A stretch of DNA of 64,000 nucleotides from an uncultured Thermoleophilia bacterium (lineage in GTDB: Bacteria > Actinomycetota > Thermoleophilia > UBA2241). The number at the start of each line of letters is the position of its first letter. Positions within the stretch are counted from its first letter, which is position 1. Position numbers and translations under genes: made by a program. Below, in pieces: positions 16,837 to 25,775 of this stretch. Location of the stretch: positions 5,836 to 69,835 of the forward strand of contig CAVOVA010000001.1 of NCBI GenBank assembly GCA_963699725.1, read 5' to 3'. The notes beneath the pieces are model-generated. The model made no database searches. It was not told where the DNA came from and saw only the letters and a program-made list of their open reading frames with translations.

Positions 16837-17967
16837 CTAGCTCCTTTCCCAGAAGGGTGCCGGCGCCCGCCCAGCCGACGGGCGGCGGCGCCGGAGAGAT
16901 TCGGTCTCGCTCACGTAGAGATGGTCCAGGACCGAGCCGGAGGCAGAGCGCACCTTCAGCGCATCGACGAGGTCCAGCAGATCGGCGTCGCCGGCCAGTC
17001 CCTGCCCGAGCAGCGCGGCGCCCTGCGCGGCCTCGCTGGCGACGGCGGCGAAACCCCCGACGAGGGTCACGGGGGCGAACCGGGAGAGCCGCTCGGCCAG
17101 AAGCCGATGGATCTCGGGGACGCGGCTGACGCGTCCCGAGAGGAGGATCTCGCGCGGCGCCTCGAGGACGGTCATCTGCGCCGCCACCTGCTTCTCGACG
17201 CCTTCGAGCAGGGCGTCGAGGGCGACGGCCGCGCGCCCTCCTGCGGCGGCGGCCGCGACGAGGTCGTCCGGCGTGCAGTCCGGGTCGCCGCAGATCCAGG
17301 CGGCTCCCCCGCTGGCCAGGACGTCCTTGGGGAAGTCCCGTAGCAGGTACGCGAGCTCGCCGTCCATGGCGCCCATGGCGCGAAGGCCTGCCGCGCCGCT
17401 GGTGCCGCCGGCTCCGTCCAGGATGGCGCCTCCGCCCACGCTGACGACCGCCGTGAAGGCCCCGCCGATCTCGACGAAGACGAACGATGTCGCGCTGCAC
17501 GGCACATCGATCCGGCGCGCCTGGTCCCACACGCCGAGAGCCACCGCGCAGAGCTTGTCGGCCGTTCCCATGTCGATGCGGTTCACCTTGCGATGGTCGG
17601 GGACGGAGGGCAGATGGACGACCGAGGGCGAGAAGCACACCGGCAGGCCGCTCGCCTTGAGCGCATCCACGATGCGTCCCATGCCGCTCACGATCGTCCC
17701 GCGCGGGCCGTCTCCGGCGTCGGCGAGCAGGAGAAGATCGAGTTCCGCCGCTCCGACGTCGCGCGCGTCGGTCCACGGCAAGCCGTAGCCCGACGGCCCC
17801 ACGACGAGATCCAGCGGGCCCGCGGCCTGCAGACACTCGACGAGGATCCCCGGATCGTCGCCGACGGCCGCGGTCGAGAAGGTCTCGTCGAGGAAGAGCG
17901 CGTCGCCGTCTCGTCCGCAGACGTCGAGGCTCACGGTCCCGGGGTCGATGCCGACGGCGCGTGTCAT
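16837..17967 (-). CDS. ASKHA-fold (actin/hexokinase-like) ATPase-like protein, DUF1464-like
   Basis: AVGIDPGTVSLDV, FVEIGGAFT and DGAGGTSG motifs. ATGA overlap with the upstream gene stop. The family name is from memory. Confidence 0.5.
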   Translation of the reverse strand: MTRAVGIDPGTVSLDVCGRDGDALFLDETFSTAAVGDDPGILVECLQAAGPLDLVVGPSGYGLPWTDARDVGAAELDLLLLADAGDGPRGTIVSGMGRIVDALKASGLPVCFSPSVVHLPSVPDHRKVNRIDMGTADKLCAVALGVWDQARRIDVPCSATSFVFVEIGGAFTAVVSVGGGAILDGAGGTSGAAGLRAMGAMDGELAYLLRDFPKDVLASGGAAWICGDPDCTPDDLVAAAAAGGRAAVALDALLEGVEKQVAAQMTVLEAPREILLSGRVSRVPEIHRLLAERLSRFAPVTLVGGFAAVASEAAQGAALLGQGLAGDADLLDLVDALKVRSASGSVLDHLYVSETESLRRRRPSAGRAPAPFWERS

Positions 17968-19379
17968 GCCGGCTCCCACTCGTCCTCGCCGGCCGTCACA
18001 TTGGCCTCGTCGTCGCTCTGCTCGACGTCGGAGGATTCCGCTTGATCGGCGACGTCATCGGGCGGGCTCAGGTAGCCCCAGCGGAGAGGCGACTCCTGCA
18101 TGTACTTCTTGCCGAGGCGCACGGCGAGGGCGGCACGCTCCAGCTCGCGTCCCAGATAGAACGCGTGGCCGGGCTCCTCGACGGCCAAGGCTGCGAACAG
18201 CTCGCCGGGGTCGGTGCCACGCAGGAAGACACCTCGGTTGAAGACGGTGATCGCCTCGTCGTCGGCGAAGATGCGGAAGTTGCGATCGCGCACGTGGCGC
18301 CGCATGTCACGAAGCTCGGTCTCCGAGTAGGTCTCGAAAGGAGGGTCTTTGAGGGCGATCAGCGCGTCGTCGAGATTCTTGGGGAGGGTGCGGTTCTTGA
18401 TCGCGTAATGCATCAGCCTGCGCGCGCGGTCGAGCTCGCGCACGGCGCCGCGCGCCCAGCTGATCACCTCGGTGGTGAGCACGTAGTCGATGCGGAGCTC
18501 CTCGATGACCCCCGCCATGACCGCGTTGATGCCCACGCTGTCCGCGTCCGTGAGCTCGGTCAGGTTGCCGAGGCCCATGAGCATCTCCGCGTCGGGGTGG
18601 CGGCGTCGGACCTCGCAGAAGCGCTCGAGCGACGCGGTGAACCCGAAGCTGAGCGGGTCGAGGATGGGATCGATGACGTAGGCGGCGCCCAGATCGGCGA
18701 CGCGGCTCACGTTGCGCTCGAGCGAATCGAGCCCTTCGCCGAAATCGGGGATCACGACCACCTTGCAGCGCAGGTCGCGAACGATGTCCAGGTTCTGCCC
18801 GTTCACGCTCAGCAGCAGATCGACGCCGGCTTCGTCGGCCTCGCGGATGGTCTCCGTGTGGAACGTGTCGATGCTCACCGTGAGATCGCGCTCCTTGAGG
18901 GCGCGGACCACCTCGCCGACGTGCGGGAACGCCTCCATGGGCGGGCAGCCGAGGTCGATGACATCGGCGCCGCTCGCCAGGAAGTACCCGGCTTGGGCGA
19001 GGATCTCCGGGAGTGGGAGACTCCACGCCTCCACGATCTCGGCGATGATCCGCACGTGATACTCGCCGTAGCCCTCCAGGATGCGCTCCTGGCCGAAGTG
19101 CAGCGGGAGGTCTTTGAGGTCCTTGGGCCCGCGCACGACGGGGACCCCCACGCGGTCCTCGATGAGGCCGAGATCGCCACGACTCAGGCCGGGAATCATG
19201 ACCTGGGCGCAGTCACAGTCGGCCGGGAGGCGACGGGCGATCCACTCCGTACGCATGAGCGCGGCCACCGACCCTCGCAGCTCGGCCACCTCGTAGTCGA
19301 AGTCGAGCTCGAGTCGCGCCAGCGTCGCGCGCAAGGCATCGGCTGCCAGGCGTCCGGTTACGAACAGCGTATCGACCAC
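17964..19379 (-). CDS. Dihydropteroate-synthase-related protein of H4MPT biosynthesis (MJ0301/orf9-type)
   Basis: 471 aa. Pterin-binding barrel blocks GADVIDLG, SIDTF, and MGLGNLTELTDADSVGINAVM, with an acidic C-terminal tail. Confidence 0.75.
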   Translation of the reverse strand: MVDTLFVTGRLAADALRATLARLELDFDYEVAELRGSVAALMRTEWIARRLPADCDCAQVMIPGLSRGDLGLIEDRVGVPVVRGPKDLKDLPLHFGQERILEGYGEYHVRIIAEIVEAWSLPLPEILAQAGYFLASGADVIDLGCPPMEAFPHVGEVVRALKERDLTVSIDTFHTETIREADEAGVDLLLSVNGQNLDIVRDLRCKVVVIPDFGEGLDSLERNVSRVADLGAAYVIDPILDPLSFGFTASLERFCEVRRRHPDAEMLMGLGNLTELTDADSVGINAVMAGVIEELRIDYVLTTEVISWARGAVRELDRARRLMHYAIKNRTLPKNLDDALIALKDPPFETYSETELRDMRRHVRDRNFRIFADDEAITVFNRGVFLRGTDPGELFAALAVEEPGHAFYLGRELERAALAVRLGKKYMQESPLRWGYLSPPDDVADQAESSDVEQSDDEANVTAGEDEWEPA

Positions 19380-19398
19380 GTCAGGCGTCCTCGCCGTC

Positions 19399-20376
19399 TC
19401 AGGAGTAGAGCCACTCGCTCTGCGATGTGTGCTGCGCGGCGAACGCGCGCCCCGTGATCTCCGGGCGTATCTCCGCCAGCGTGCCGAAGCGCTCGGCGAA
19501 GGCGTTGTGCTCGTGGATGCCCTCGAAGTTCTCCTGCCGAGCCAGTACGAACGTGTCGTCGTCGAGGTATCCGTACTCGCCGCATACGCCGTCCAGCATC
19601 TGGCGCACGACGTCTTCGACGAACCGGGGATTGCGGTGCGCCTTCTCGACGACCGCGAGCTCGTCGGGCCGTTTGAGCAGCTCGTAGATCTCGGAGCTCA
19701 TGGATTGCTCCGCGATGCGCAGAAGATCCTCGGCGCGCAAGCGCTGATCGGAGCCCACGATGAGGGTGCCTTTGCCGCGCTGGTTGTGCGAGGCCATCGG
19801 CAGGAGGCCCACGATGCGTTCCGCCTCTTCTTCTCCGTAGCCCTCTTCCACGAGCAGTTCGACCGAGTGCTCGCGCACCATGTCCTGAGCGCACGGGCAC
19901 ACCGTGAGGCCGTTGACTTCGACGCCGACGAGCAGGCGCGTGCGGGCGCGCGTCGCCGCGGCGATGCCCACGAGCGTGTAGAGCTGCTCCGTCGGCCTCT
20001 GGGTGACCGGCGTGATCTTGGTGATCGGCGACTGCGCGCGGATGTGCACCTCCGCGCGCAGCGCGCCCTGGGTCGCGACCACGTCCTCCGCCATACGCCT
20101 CGCGAGCGACTCGATGTCGGCGAACGGAGTGCGCGTGAGCCCCTCGGCGAGATCCTCGACCACTTCGCTGAACCGCGACATGTGCACGCCGGCCTGCTCG
20201 GGACTGAGGTCGGCGTACAGGTCGAGCACGGCGTAGAACAGCTCAGACCTGCCGCCGTCCTTCATGGCGATGATGCGGCGCAGGTTCGTCACCCCTGCGC
20301 GACTCAGCGCCACGCCGACTGCAGGCCGGGCCTGCTGCGTGTCTCTGCTCGGACGGCACTGCTGGTCCGGATCCAT
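19399..20376 (-). CDS. mptA: GTP cyclohydrolase, FolE2/MptA family
   Basis: 325 aa. VHMSRF, TVCPCAQ, and HNQRGKGT blocks characteristic of type IB/MptA cyclohydrolases. GAGGGGA RBS. Confidence 0.8.
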   Translation of the reverse strand: MDPDQQCRPSRDTQQARPAVGVALSRAGVTNLRRIIAMKDGGRSELFYAVLDLYADLSPEQAGVHMSRFSEVVEDLAEGLTRTPFADIESLARRMAEDVVATQGALRAEVHIRAQSPITKITPVTQRPTEQLYTLVGIAAATRARTRLLVGVEVNGLTVCPCAQDMVREHSVELLVEEGYGEEEAERIVGLLPMASHNQRGKGTLIVGSDQRLRAEDLLRIAEQSMSSEIYELLKRPDELAVVEKAHRNPRFVEDVVRQMLDGVCGEYGYLDDDTFVLARQENFEGIHEHNAFAERFGTLAEIRPEITGRAFAAQHTSQSEWLYS

Positions 20377-20386
20377 TCGTATCCCC

Positions 20387-22018
20387 TCAGCCGCAGGCGA
20401 CGGTCTCGGTACACGAGTCCTCGTCGGCCAGCATGGCGTAGTTGTCGTACGAGACCGTGTAGGCTGCTTTGAAGTGGGCGCGCATGTCGTCCTCGATCCG
20501 CGGGTCGTACTCCGGGGCCACCGAGAAGGTGCGCCCCGAGACCTGCTTGAGGACCACGCCGTCGCGGGCCACGAGCTCGCCGCCCTTGTACACGTACCGC
20601 GGCCGGGCGAACATCGCCTCCTTGTCGTCCTGCTCCTCGTACACGGCGATGTCCGCGTCGGCGCCGACGCCGAGGTGCCCCTTGTCCTTCAGACCGAGGG
20701 TTCGGGCGGGACCCGCGCGAGTGATGACGGCGATGTCGCTGAGCGAGTACTCCCGGTCCAGCTCGGCGAGCACCGATCCGTTGCGCGCACGCGCGTGCAC
20801 CGAGGCGAGCATCTCCGCGCGGTAGCCGCGGTCCATGAGCAGGCGGATGATCTGCGGGTAGTTGCTGAAGGTGCCCGCATTGGGGTGGTCGGTCGTCAGG
20901 AACACCTTCCACGGGTCGTCGATGAGGAGGTAGAGCTCCAGGCCGGTGACCCACATGGTCGCGTTGATGGGGTTGCCTGGTGCATAGACGATCGGCACGA
21001 TGCCGCCCCCCGATTCGCCCTCGACGTCGTCGTTCATCCAGCGCCCGCCGGCGGTGTTGTGCAGGTTGTGCTGCAGCGGTCCGTCGCAGGTCATGGTGGT
21101 GGCCCGCCCGAAGACGACCTGGCCGACGTCGACGGTCAGCCTGGGGCTGGCGTTGACGGCCTCCGCGACGGCGACCGCCTCGGACTTGTGCACGTGGCCC
21201 TTGCCGGCGCCGTAGCTGAGGAACTGCAGGTGGCAGAGGTGCGCGCGGTGGCCGTCCAGCGCCTTGATCGTCTCGATGCTGGTGCGGGCGCTCGTGTGCC
21301 GGCCGAGGTTGATGCCGTGGATGTGGACGGCGTGGGGGAGCTCGAGGTCGTCGGCGATCGTCGCCAGGGTCTCCATGATCTGGCGTGGGGTGACGCCGTA
21401 GCCGATGACCTCGTCGTCGAGCTCGGAGACGTTGCTGCCCCACTTCCAGTTCTCGACGCCGCCTGGGTTCACGATCTTGATCGCGTAGCCCTCGCTCGCC
21501 CGCAGCAGCCAGGCGACGTAGTCCTTGGCGCGATCGAACTGCTTGTCGGCGATGCTCTGCATCACGAAGTGGTTGTTGCCCATCACCATGAAGGCGCCGT
21601 TGTCGAGGTTGGGCGTGTCCTCGAGTTCCTCGTGCGTGTGCCGCGCCATCAGCGGTGCGGTCGACGCCTGCATCACCGTGGTGTAGCCGAGCTCGGAGTA
21701 CAGCTGCCCGGTGGCGTAGGTCGAGGGCACCGTGCCCCCGGCGCCCGCCCTCAGCGCTGCGGAATGGGTGCGCTCGTACCCCCGATGATCCTCCGGGCGC
21801 AGCTTGCGGCCGGCGTTGACCTCTCCGCCGACGATGTGCGCGTGGATGTCCACGCCGCCGGCCATGACCACCAGCCCGGCGGCGTCGACGATCTCCGCGT
21901 GCTCGCGGTCGATCTCCTCGGCCGCCACGATGCGACCGTCCTTCACCCAGATGTCGCCGATCTCTCCGGCTTTGCTGTTCTGCGGGTCGTAGACCCGTCC
22001 ACCTATGATGCCCAGCAT
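20387..22018 (-). CDS. fwdA: Formylmethanofuran dehydrogenase subunit A (amidohydrolase)
   Basis: Lower part of ORF 20387-23245, from ATG 22018 (TGATG junction with fwdB). GGVDIHAHI metal motif and HAVHIHG. Confidence 0.9.
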   Translation of the reverse strand: MLGIIGGRVYDPQNSKAGEIGDIWVKDGRIVAAEEIDREHAEIVDAAGLVVMAGGVDIHAHIVGGEVNAGRKLRPEDHRGYERTHSAALRAGAGGTVPSTYATGQLYSELGYTTVMQASTAPLMARHTHEELEDTPNLDNGAFMVMGNNHFVMQSIADKQFDRAKDYVAWLLRASEGYAIKIVNPGGVENWKWGSNVSELDDEVIGYGVTPRQIMETLATIADDLELPHAVHIHGINLGRHTSARTSIETIKALDGHRAHLCHLQFLSYGAGKGHVHKSEAVAVAEAVNASPRLTVDVGQVVFGRATTMTCDGPLQHNLHNTAGGRWMNDDVEGESGGGIVPIVYAPGNPINATMWVTGLELYLLIDDPWKVFLTTDHPNAGTFSNYPQIIRLLMDRGYRAEMLASVHARARNGSVLAELDREYSLSDIAVITRAGPARTLGLKDKGHLGVGADADIAVYEEQDDKEAMFARPRYVYKGGELVARDGVVLKQVSGRTFSVAPEYDPRIEDDMRAHFKAAYTVSYDNYAMLADEDSCTETVACG

Positions 22019-23286
22019 CAGCTCACCGCCTCGATGATCCGGTCGAGGACGTCCTCGTCGGTCGGACGATCCGTCGAGATGACCTGCTTCAGGGGGATCG
22101 GCACGTTGTCCATGCGGTAGGCCGTGCCGCTGGCGTCGACGCCGTAGGCCGCCGTCGGGAAGAGGACCTTGGCCTTCGCGGCCACCACGCTCGGTCCGTG
22201 GTCGAAGACGATCGTCGGGATGCTGTCGAGGTGCGCCGCGGCGGCGGCCGGGAAGTGCGCGCCCGGGTCGGAGGCGATGATCACGGCGGCGTCGGCGGCC
22301 TTGCGCGCCAGCATGTCGACCGCGGTGAACTCGCCCGGCATGAACAGCGGATAGCCGCGCGCGAAGCTGACGGCGAACGGGTAGCCCGTGGTCCACGTGA
22401 GTACCTGGTCGGCGCCGGTGACGTTGCCGTGTCCCCGCATGGGGATGACCGAGAACTTGGCGTGGTTGTTCAGTTCGGCCACGAGGGTGAACAGCTCCGC
22501 GACGTTGAGCTGGCGCGCGGGCGCCATGGTGAGGCCCATGCCCATGAAGGCGACTCCGTAGCGGCACGACTTCATGCGCTCGGCCAGCTCCTTGAGCTCC
22601 GTCACCGGGACGCCGCCGACCACGTCGGCCGACGGCTCGCCGCCCCGCACCAGCAGGCGCAGGGTGGACAGCACTTCGTAGTCGCTGCCGACCTCGATCT
22701 GAAGGAAGTGATCGGCCTTCTTCGAACTGCCTGTGGGCCGCACGTCGACCACGTACATCACGCGGTCGGCGCGTCCGTTGGGGGTGAGCGCGCCTTTCGC
22801 GGTCAGCGAGAAGCGCGGAAAGTGGCGCAGGTGCGAGGCGTCGGGGTTGCAGCCCCAGAACACCACGAGGTCGGCCCGGTCGCGCACCTCCCCCAGCGTG
22901 CAGGTGGGCTCGCCGACCGCCTGCATGGCGAGCCCCGTCGGACCGTGACAGACCGACGATGTGGAGTCGATGACGGCGCCGATCTTGTCGGCGAGCGCGA
23001 CTGCCTTGCGCTGTGCCTCGCTCGCCGACGAGCTGAGCCCGTAGATCAGAGGGCTGTCGGCTGCCGAGAGGATGCTCGCCGCCTCGGCGACGGCTTCGTC
23101 CCACTCCACCTCGCGGCCGTCGACAAGCGGCCGGCGCGAGCGTGGATCGTAATCCATGAAGATGCCCTGTCCGCTGGAACAGGCGAGCTTGACCTTGAGG
23201 ATCTCGTTGTCCTCGGTCTCCACTTTCAGGTCGTCGCACAGGCATCCGCAGAACGGGCAGGCGACGTTCTCGATCGTCGTACTCAC
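22018..23286 (-). CDS. fwdB: Formylmethanofuran dehydrogenase subunit B (Mo/W-pterin binding, Cys type)
   Basis: 422 aa. N-terminal CPFCGCLCDD Fe-S motif and DSTSSVCHGP putative metal-ligand Cys. GTGA overlap with the fwdD stop. Confidence 0.85.
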   Translation of the reverse strand: MSTTIENVACPFCGCLCDDLKVETEDNEILKVKLACSSGQGIFMDYDPRSRRPLVDGREVEWDEAVAEAASILSAADSPLIYGLSSSASEAQRKAVALADKIGAVIDSTSSVCHGPTGLAMQAVGEPTCTLGEVRDRADLVVFWGCNPDASHLRHFPRFSLTAKGALTPNGRADRVMYVVDVRPTGSSKKADHFLQIEVGSDYEVLSTLRLLVRGGEPSADVVGGVPVTELKELAERMKSCRYGVAFMGMGLTMAPARQLNVAELFTLVAELNNHAKFSVIPMRGHGNVTGADQVLTWTTGYPFAVSFARGYPLFMPGEFTAVDMLARKAADAAVIIASDPGAHFPAAAAAHLDSIPTIVFDHGPSVVAAKAKVLFPTAAYGVDASGTAYRMDNVPIPLKQVISTDRPTDEDVLDRIIEAVS

Positions 23287-23636
23287 GTCGAGACCTCCTC
23301 GCCGGGCAGCGGTGTCACGTCGACCTTGAGCCCCTTGAAGCAGGGCATGCCCGTGCCCAGCGTCTCCGTGCCGATGAGCTTGTTGGCCATGGTCCCCATG
23401 GGGACGAACACCAGGCCGGCCGGCACGGTGCCGGCGCGGGCCGTGAGCTCCGCCTCGCCGTCCGCCGTGCGCAGCAGCACCTGCCCGCCTTCGCTGACCT
23501 CGAGGCGGGTCATGTCGTCGGGGTTCATCTCCACGAGCGCGGTGGCTGCGAGATACTCGGCGGAAGCCTTGCCCTTGTGCATCCCGATGGCCTGCTTACG
23601 CGTACGCCCGGTGATCAAGGTGAGTGGGTCGCTCAC
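23283..23636 (-). CDS. fwdD: Formylmethanofuran dehydrogenase subunit D (molybdopterin-dinucleotide-binding beta-barrel)
   Basis: ORF 23283-23702. Start set at GTG 23636 (GGGAGGAG 4-5 nt upstream). LITGRT...MNPDDMTRLEVSEGGQV...FVPMG. Confidence 0.75.
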   Translation of the reverse strand: MSDPLTLITGRTRKQAIGMHKGKASAEYLAATALVEMNPDDMTRLEVSEGGQVLLRTADGEAELTARAGTVPAGLVFVPMGTMANKLIGTETLGTGMPCFKGLKVDVTPLPGEEVST

Positions 23637-24789
23637 GGCTCTCCTCCCTTCGCTCTTCGCTCTCTTCGTGCGCTTGCCCCGCGCGTGCGAGGAGGTCTGC
23701 AAGGCATTCCCGCCGGTCGCGGGACCGCGTCACGACGGTGCATATCGGGTGACCCTTGGCGATCGCCTGCCGGCTGCGCGGCACGTCTCTCACGCCGCGC
23801 GCCAGCCAGGCGTCGGTGTCGGGGGTCGTCACCTGGCGGCGTGCGTAGACGATCGCCTTGCCGAAGAACCCGGGAACGAGCGGCTGCACGACGTCCGCGT
23901 CCGGCAGCTGCCCGGCGCAGGCGTCCACGTGGGCGCTGAAGACGTTGGCGCCGCAGGCATCCTCCAGCAGCTCCATAGAGCCGCTGTAGCGGGGGTTGAC
24001 CTCGATCACGTGCGGGCGCACGATGCCTCTCTGATCCCTGCCGACAACAACATCCATGCCGTTGACGCCTCTCAGGCCAAAGTGCCGCGTGAGCGTGCGC
24101 GCCGCGTGGCGGATCTCCGCGATCACGGTGTCTGACTCCGCAGCGGAGAGGTCGACGGGGTGGATGTTGCCGCACCATCCGAACCCCGAGCTCCCCAGAG
24201 CGGCTAGCCCGATGAGCTGTTCGCTGAGACCGAGGATGCGGCAGTCACGGCCGTCGGCGACGAACGCCACCGACGCGGGCAGTCCATCCACCTCGGATTG
24301 TAGCACGTGGTCCGCGTCGAGCAGCGTCCCGTCCCAGTGTCGCACGCCGTGCCCGCCGCCGCTCCGCACGCGCTTGCGCAGCCAGCGGCCTGGCCCGGCT
24401 TCGGCCTCCTCGCCGGGCAGGAGTGTGACGGGATACGCGATGCCGGATCCTTCGCACACACGTCGCAGCAGCGCCCAGTCCCTGACCTCGAGCAGCACCT
24501 CCGGCGGGTTGCCGAGCACCTCGCACTCGCTCGCGAGTCCTGCCACGACCTCGGCGTGATTCTCGAGGTTGGCGCCGTACACCACGGCGTCCGCGGCGAC
24601 CCGCCGCGCGGCCTGTCCCAGCCCTTCGGCGTTCAACGCCAGCCCGAGGTCGCGTCCCAGAGCGTAGGTCTCGGCCAGGAGGACCTGGTCGCGGTCGGCG
24701 AAGAAGTCAACGGCGACCACGTCGTGGCCGCCGCGGATGGCGGCCGCCGTCATGGCGCGCGTGCTGACAGCGAGGACGAGGATGCGCAC
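23596..24789 (-). CDS. ATP-grasp protein of the H4MPT-associated carboligase-like family (orf17-type)
   Basis: Part of ORF 23596-25077, from GTG 24789 (VRILVLAVS). VIEVNPRYSGSMELLE ATP-grasp block. The 3' end overlaps the fwdD start by 41 nt. Confidence 0.65.
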   Translation of the reverse strand: MRILVLAVSTRAMTAAAIRGGHDVVAVDFFADRDQVLLAETYALGRDLGLALNAEGLGQAARRVAADAVVYGANLENHAEVVAGLASECEVLGNPPEVLLEVRDWALLRRVCEGSGIAYPVTLLPGEEAEAGPGRWLRKRVRSGGGHGVRHWDGTLLDADHVLQSEVDGLPASVAFVADGRDCRILGLSEQLIGLAALGSSGFGWCGNIHPVDLSAAESDTVIAEIRHAARTLTRHFGLRGVNGMDVVVGRDQRGIVRPHVIEVNPRYSGSMELLEDACGANVFSAHVDACAGQLPDADVVQPLVPGFFGKAIVYARRQVTTPDTDAWLARGVRDVPRSRQAIAKGHPICTVVTRSRDRRECLADLLARAGQAHEESEERREESRERPTHLDHRAYA

Positions 24790-25649
24790 TAGCCGGCCAG
24801 CTCCTTGGCGCTCTCCATGATGCCCTCGGCGTCGAGGACGAGGTCGTTGCGCTCGAAGAGGCGGGCGATGGAGCGCTTGTGCACCTTCATCTTGAGATCG
24901 CCGATCCCCAGCGCACCGAAGAGCAGCTTGTCGCCGATCTCCTTGCCGTTCCAGGTCGCCTTGGTGCCCTCGACGCCCAGTGGCGGCACCGCGTTGACGT
25001 CGGCGAGCACGCGGAGCGTCGGGTGCTCCTGCCACAGAGCCTCGGGTACGAGCTGGACACCCTCGACGCCCGTGCACACGACGGCGCAGGCGCCCTCGAG
25101 CGCGGTGGCGGTCGTGCTCTCGTCGGCGGCGACGGCCGGCATCACGTCGGCGCCGAAGCGATCCTTGACGACGGCGCAGGCCGCTTCAGCGCGTTCGATG
25201 GTGCGCGAGGTGAGGGTCACGTGGGCGCCCTCGGCCGCGAGGAGCCCGGCCGCTCGCTGTCCCACGGGGCCGGTCCCCGCCAGCACCACGACCTTCTGTC
25301 CGCTCACCGGCACCGACGAGATCACCTTGACGACGGCGGCCGCCGCGGTGGTGTTGCAGCCGTTGGAGTCGAGCATGACGGAGACGCGCAGCGGGTCGAA
25401 GAACGAGCCGACCGCCTCGCGAAGGATCGCCTCGCCCTTGGCAACGTCGATGCCGCCGATGAAGACGGCCGTGTTCTTGAGATCGGCGGGGCCGCGCGTG
25501 AACATGGCGCCGTAGACGAGGTCGCGCACCTCGCCGGGCTCGATGCCGCCGTACTGCAGGAGCGCGTCGATGCCGGCGTCGTAGGCCGTCACCGCGTCGA
25601 ACACGGCAGCGACGCGGTCGCTGTCGAACTGGATGAGGATCTTCTGCAT
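24789..25649 (-). CDS. NAD(P)-dependent methylene-tetrahydromethanopterin dehydrogenase (MtdA/MtdB family)
   Basis: 286 aa. KILIQFDSD...VFIGG...VVVLAGTGPVGQRAA Rossmann motif. AAGGAGG RBS. Confidence 0.85.
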   Translation of the reverse strand: MQKILIQFDSDRVAAVFDAVTAYDAGIDALLQYGGIEPGEVRDLVYGAMFTRGPADLKNTAVFIGGIDVAKGEAILREAVGSFFDPLRVSVMLDSNGCNTTAAAAVVKVISSVPVSGQKVVVLAGTGPVGQRAAGLLAAEGAHVTLTSRTIERAEAACAVVKDRFGADVMPAVAADESTTATALEGACAVVCTGVEGVQLVPEALWQEHPTLRVLADVNAVPPLGVEGTKATWNGKEIGDKLLFGALGIGDLKMKVHKRSIARLFERNDLVLDAEGIMESAKELAG

Positions 25650-25775
25650 GGGCTCCTACCTCCTTGATTCCGTTGCGTCACATCTCGAGAGCCGGCGCCG
25701 TGCCGGAAGGTATACTCGTCCGGCGCTCCCCGACTTCGTCAACGCCGCGTCACGCGCCGCCGGAGGCACCGCCGC

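Noticed and set aside
20387-23245. 952-aa ORF suggesting a fused FwdB-FwdA protein.
   Set aside because: The part upstream of ATG 22018 is an out-of-frame read-through of fwdB. fwdB is encoded in its own frame (22018-23286) with full-length homology, so there are two genes joined by a TGATG junction.
22018-23286. Possible selenocysteine (in-frame TGA) in fwdB, as in some methanogens.
   Set aside because: The ORF is uninterrupted and the ligand position is a Cys codon (SSVCHGP). No in-frame TGA or SECIS-like hairpin was noticed.
24790-25077. N-terminal extension of the ATP-grasp ORF (493 aa in the track). A similar extension appears for mptN (13221-14573) and for the Isf-like ORF (27903-28793).
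   Set aside because: The extensions overlap the upstream genes in another frame and are Arg/Pro-rich. Homology begins at internal GTG or ATG codons that form 1-4 nt overlaps with, or lie just downstream of, the upstream stops.
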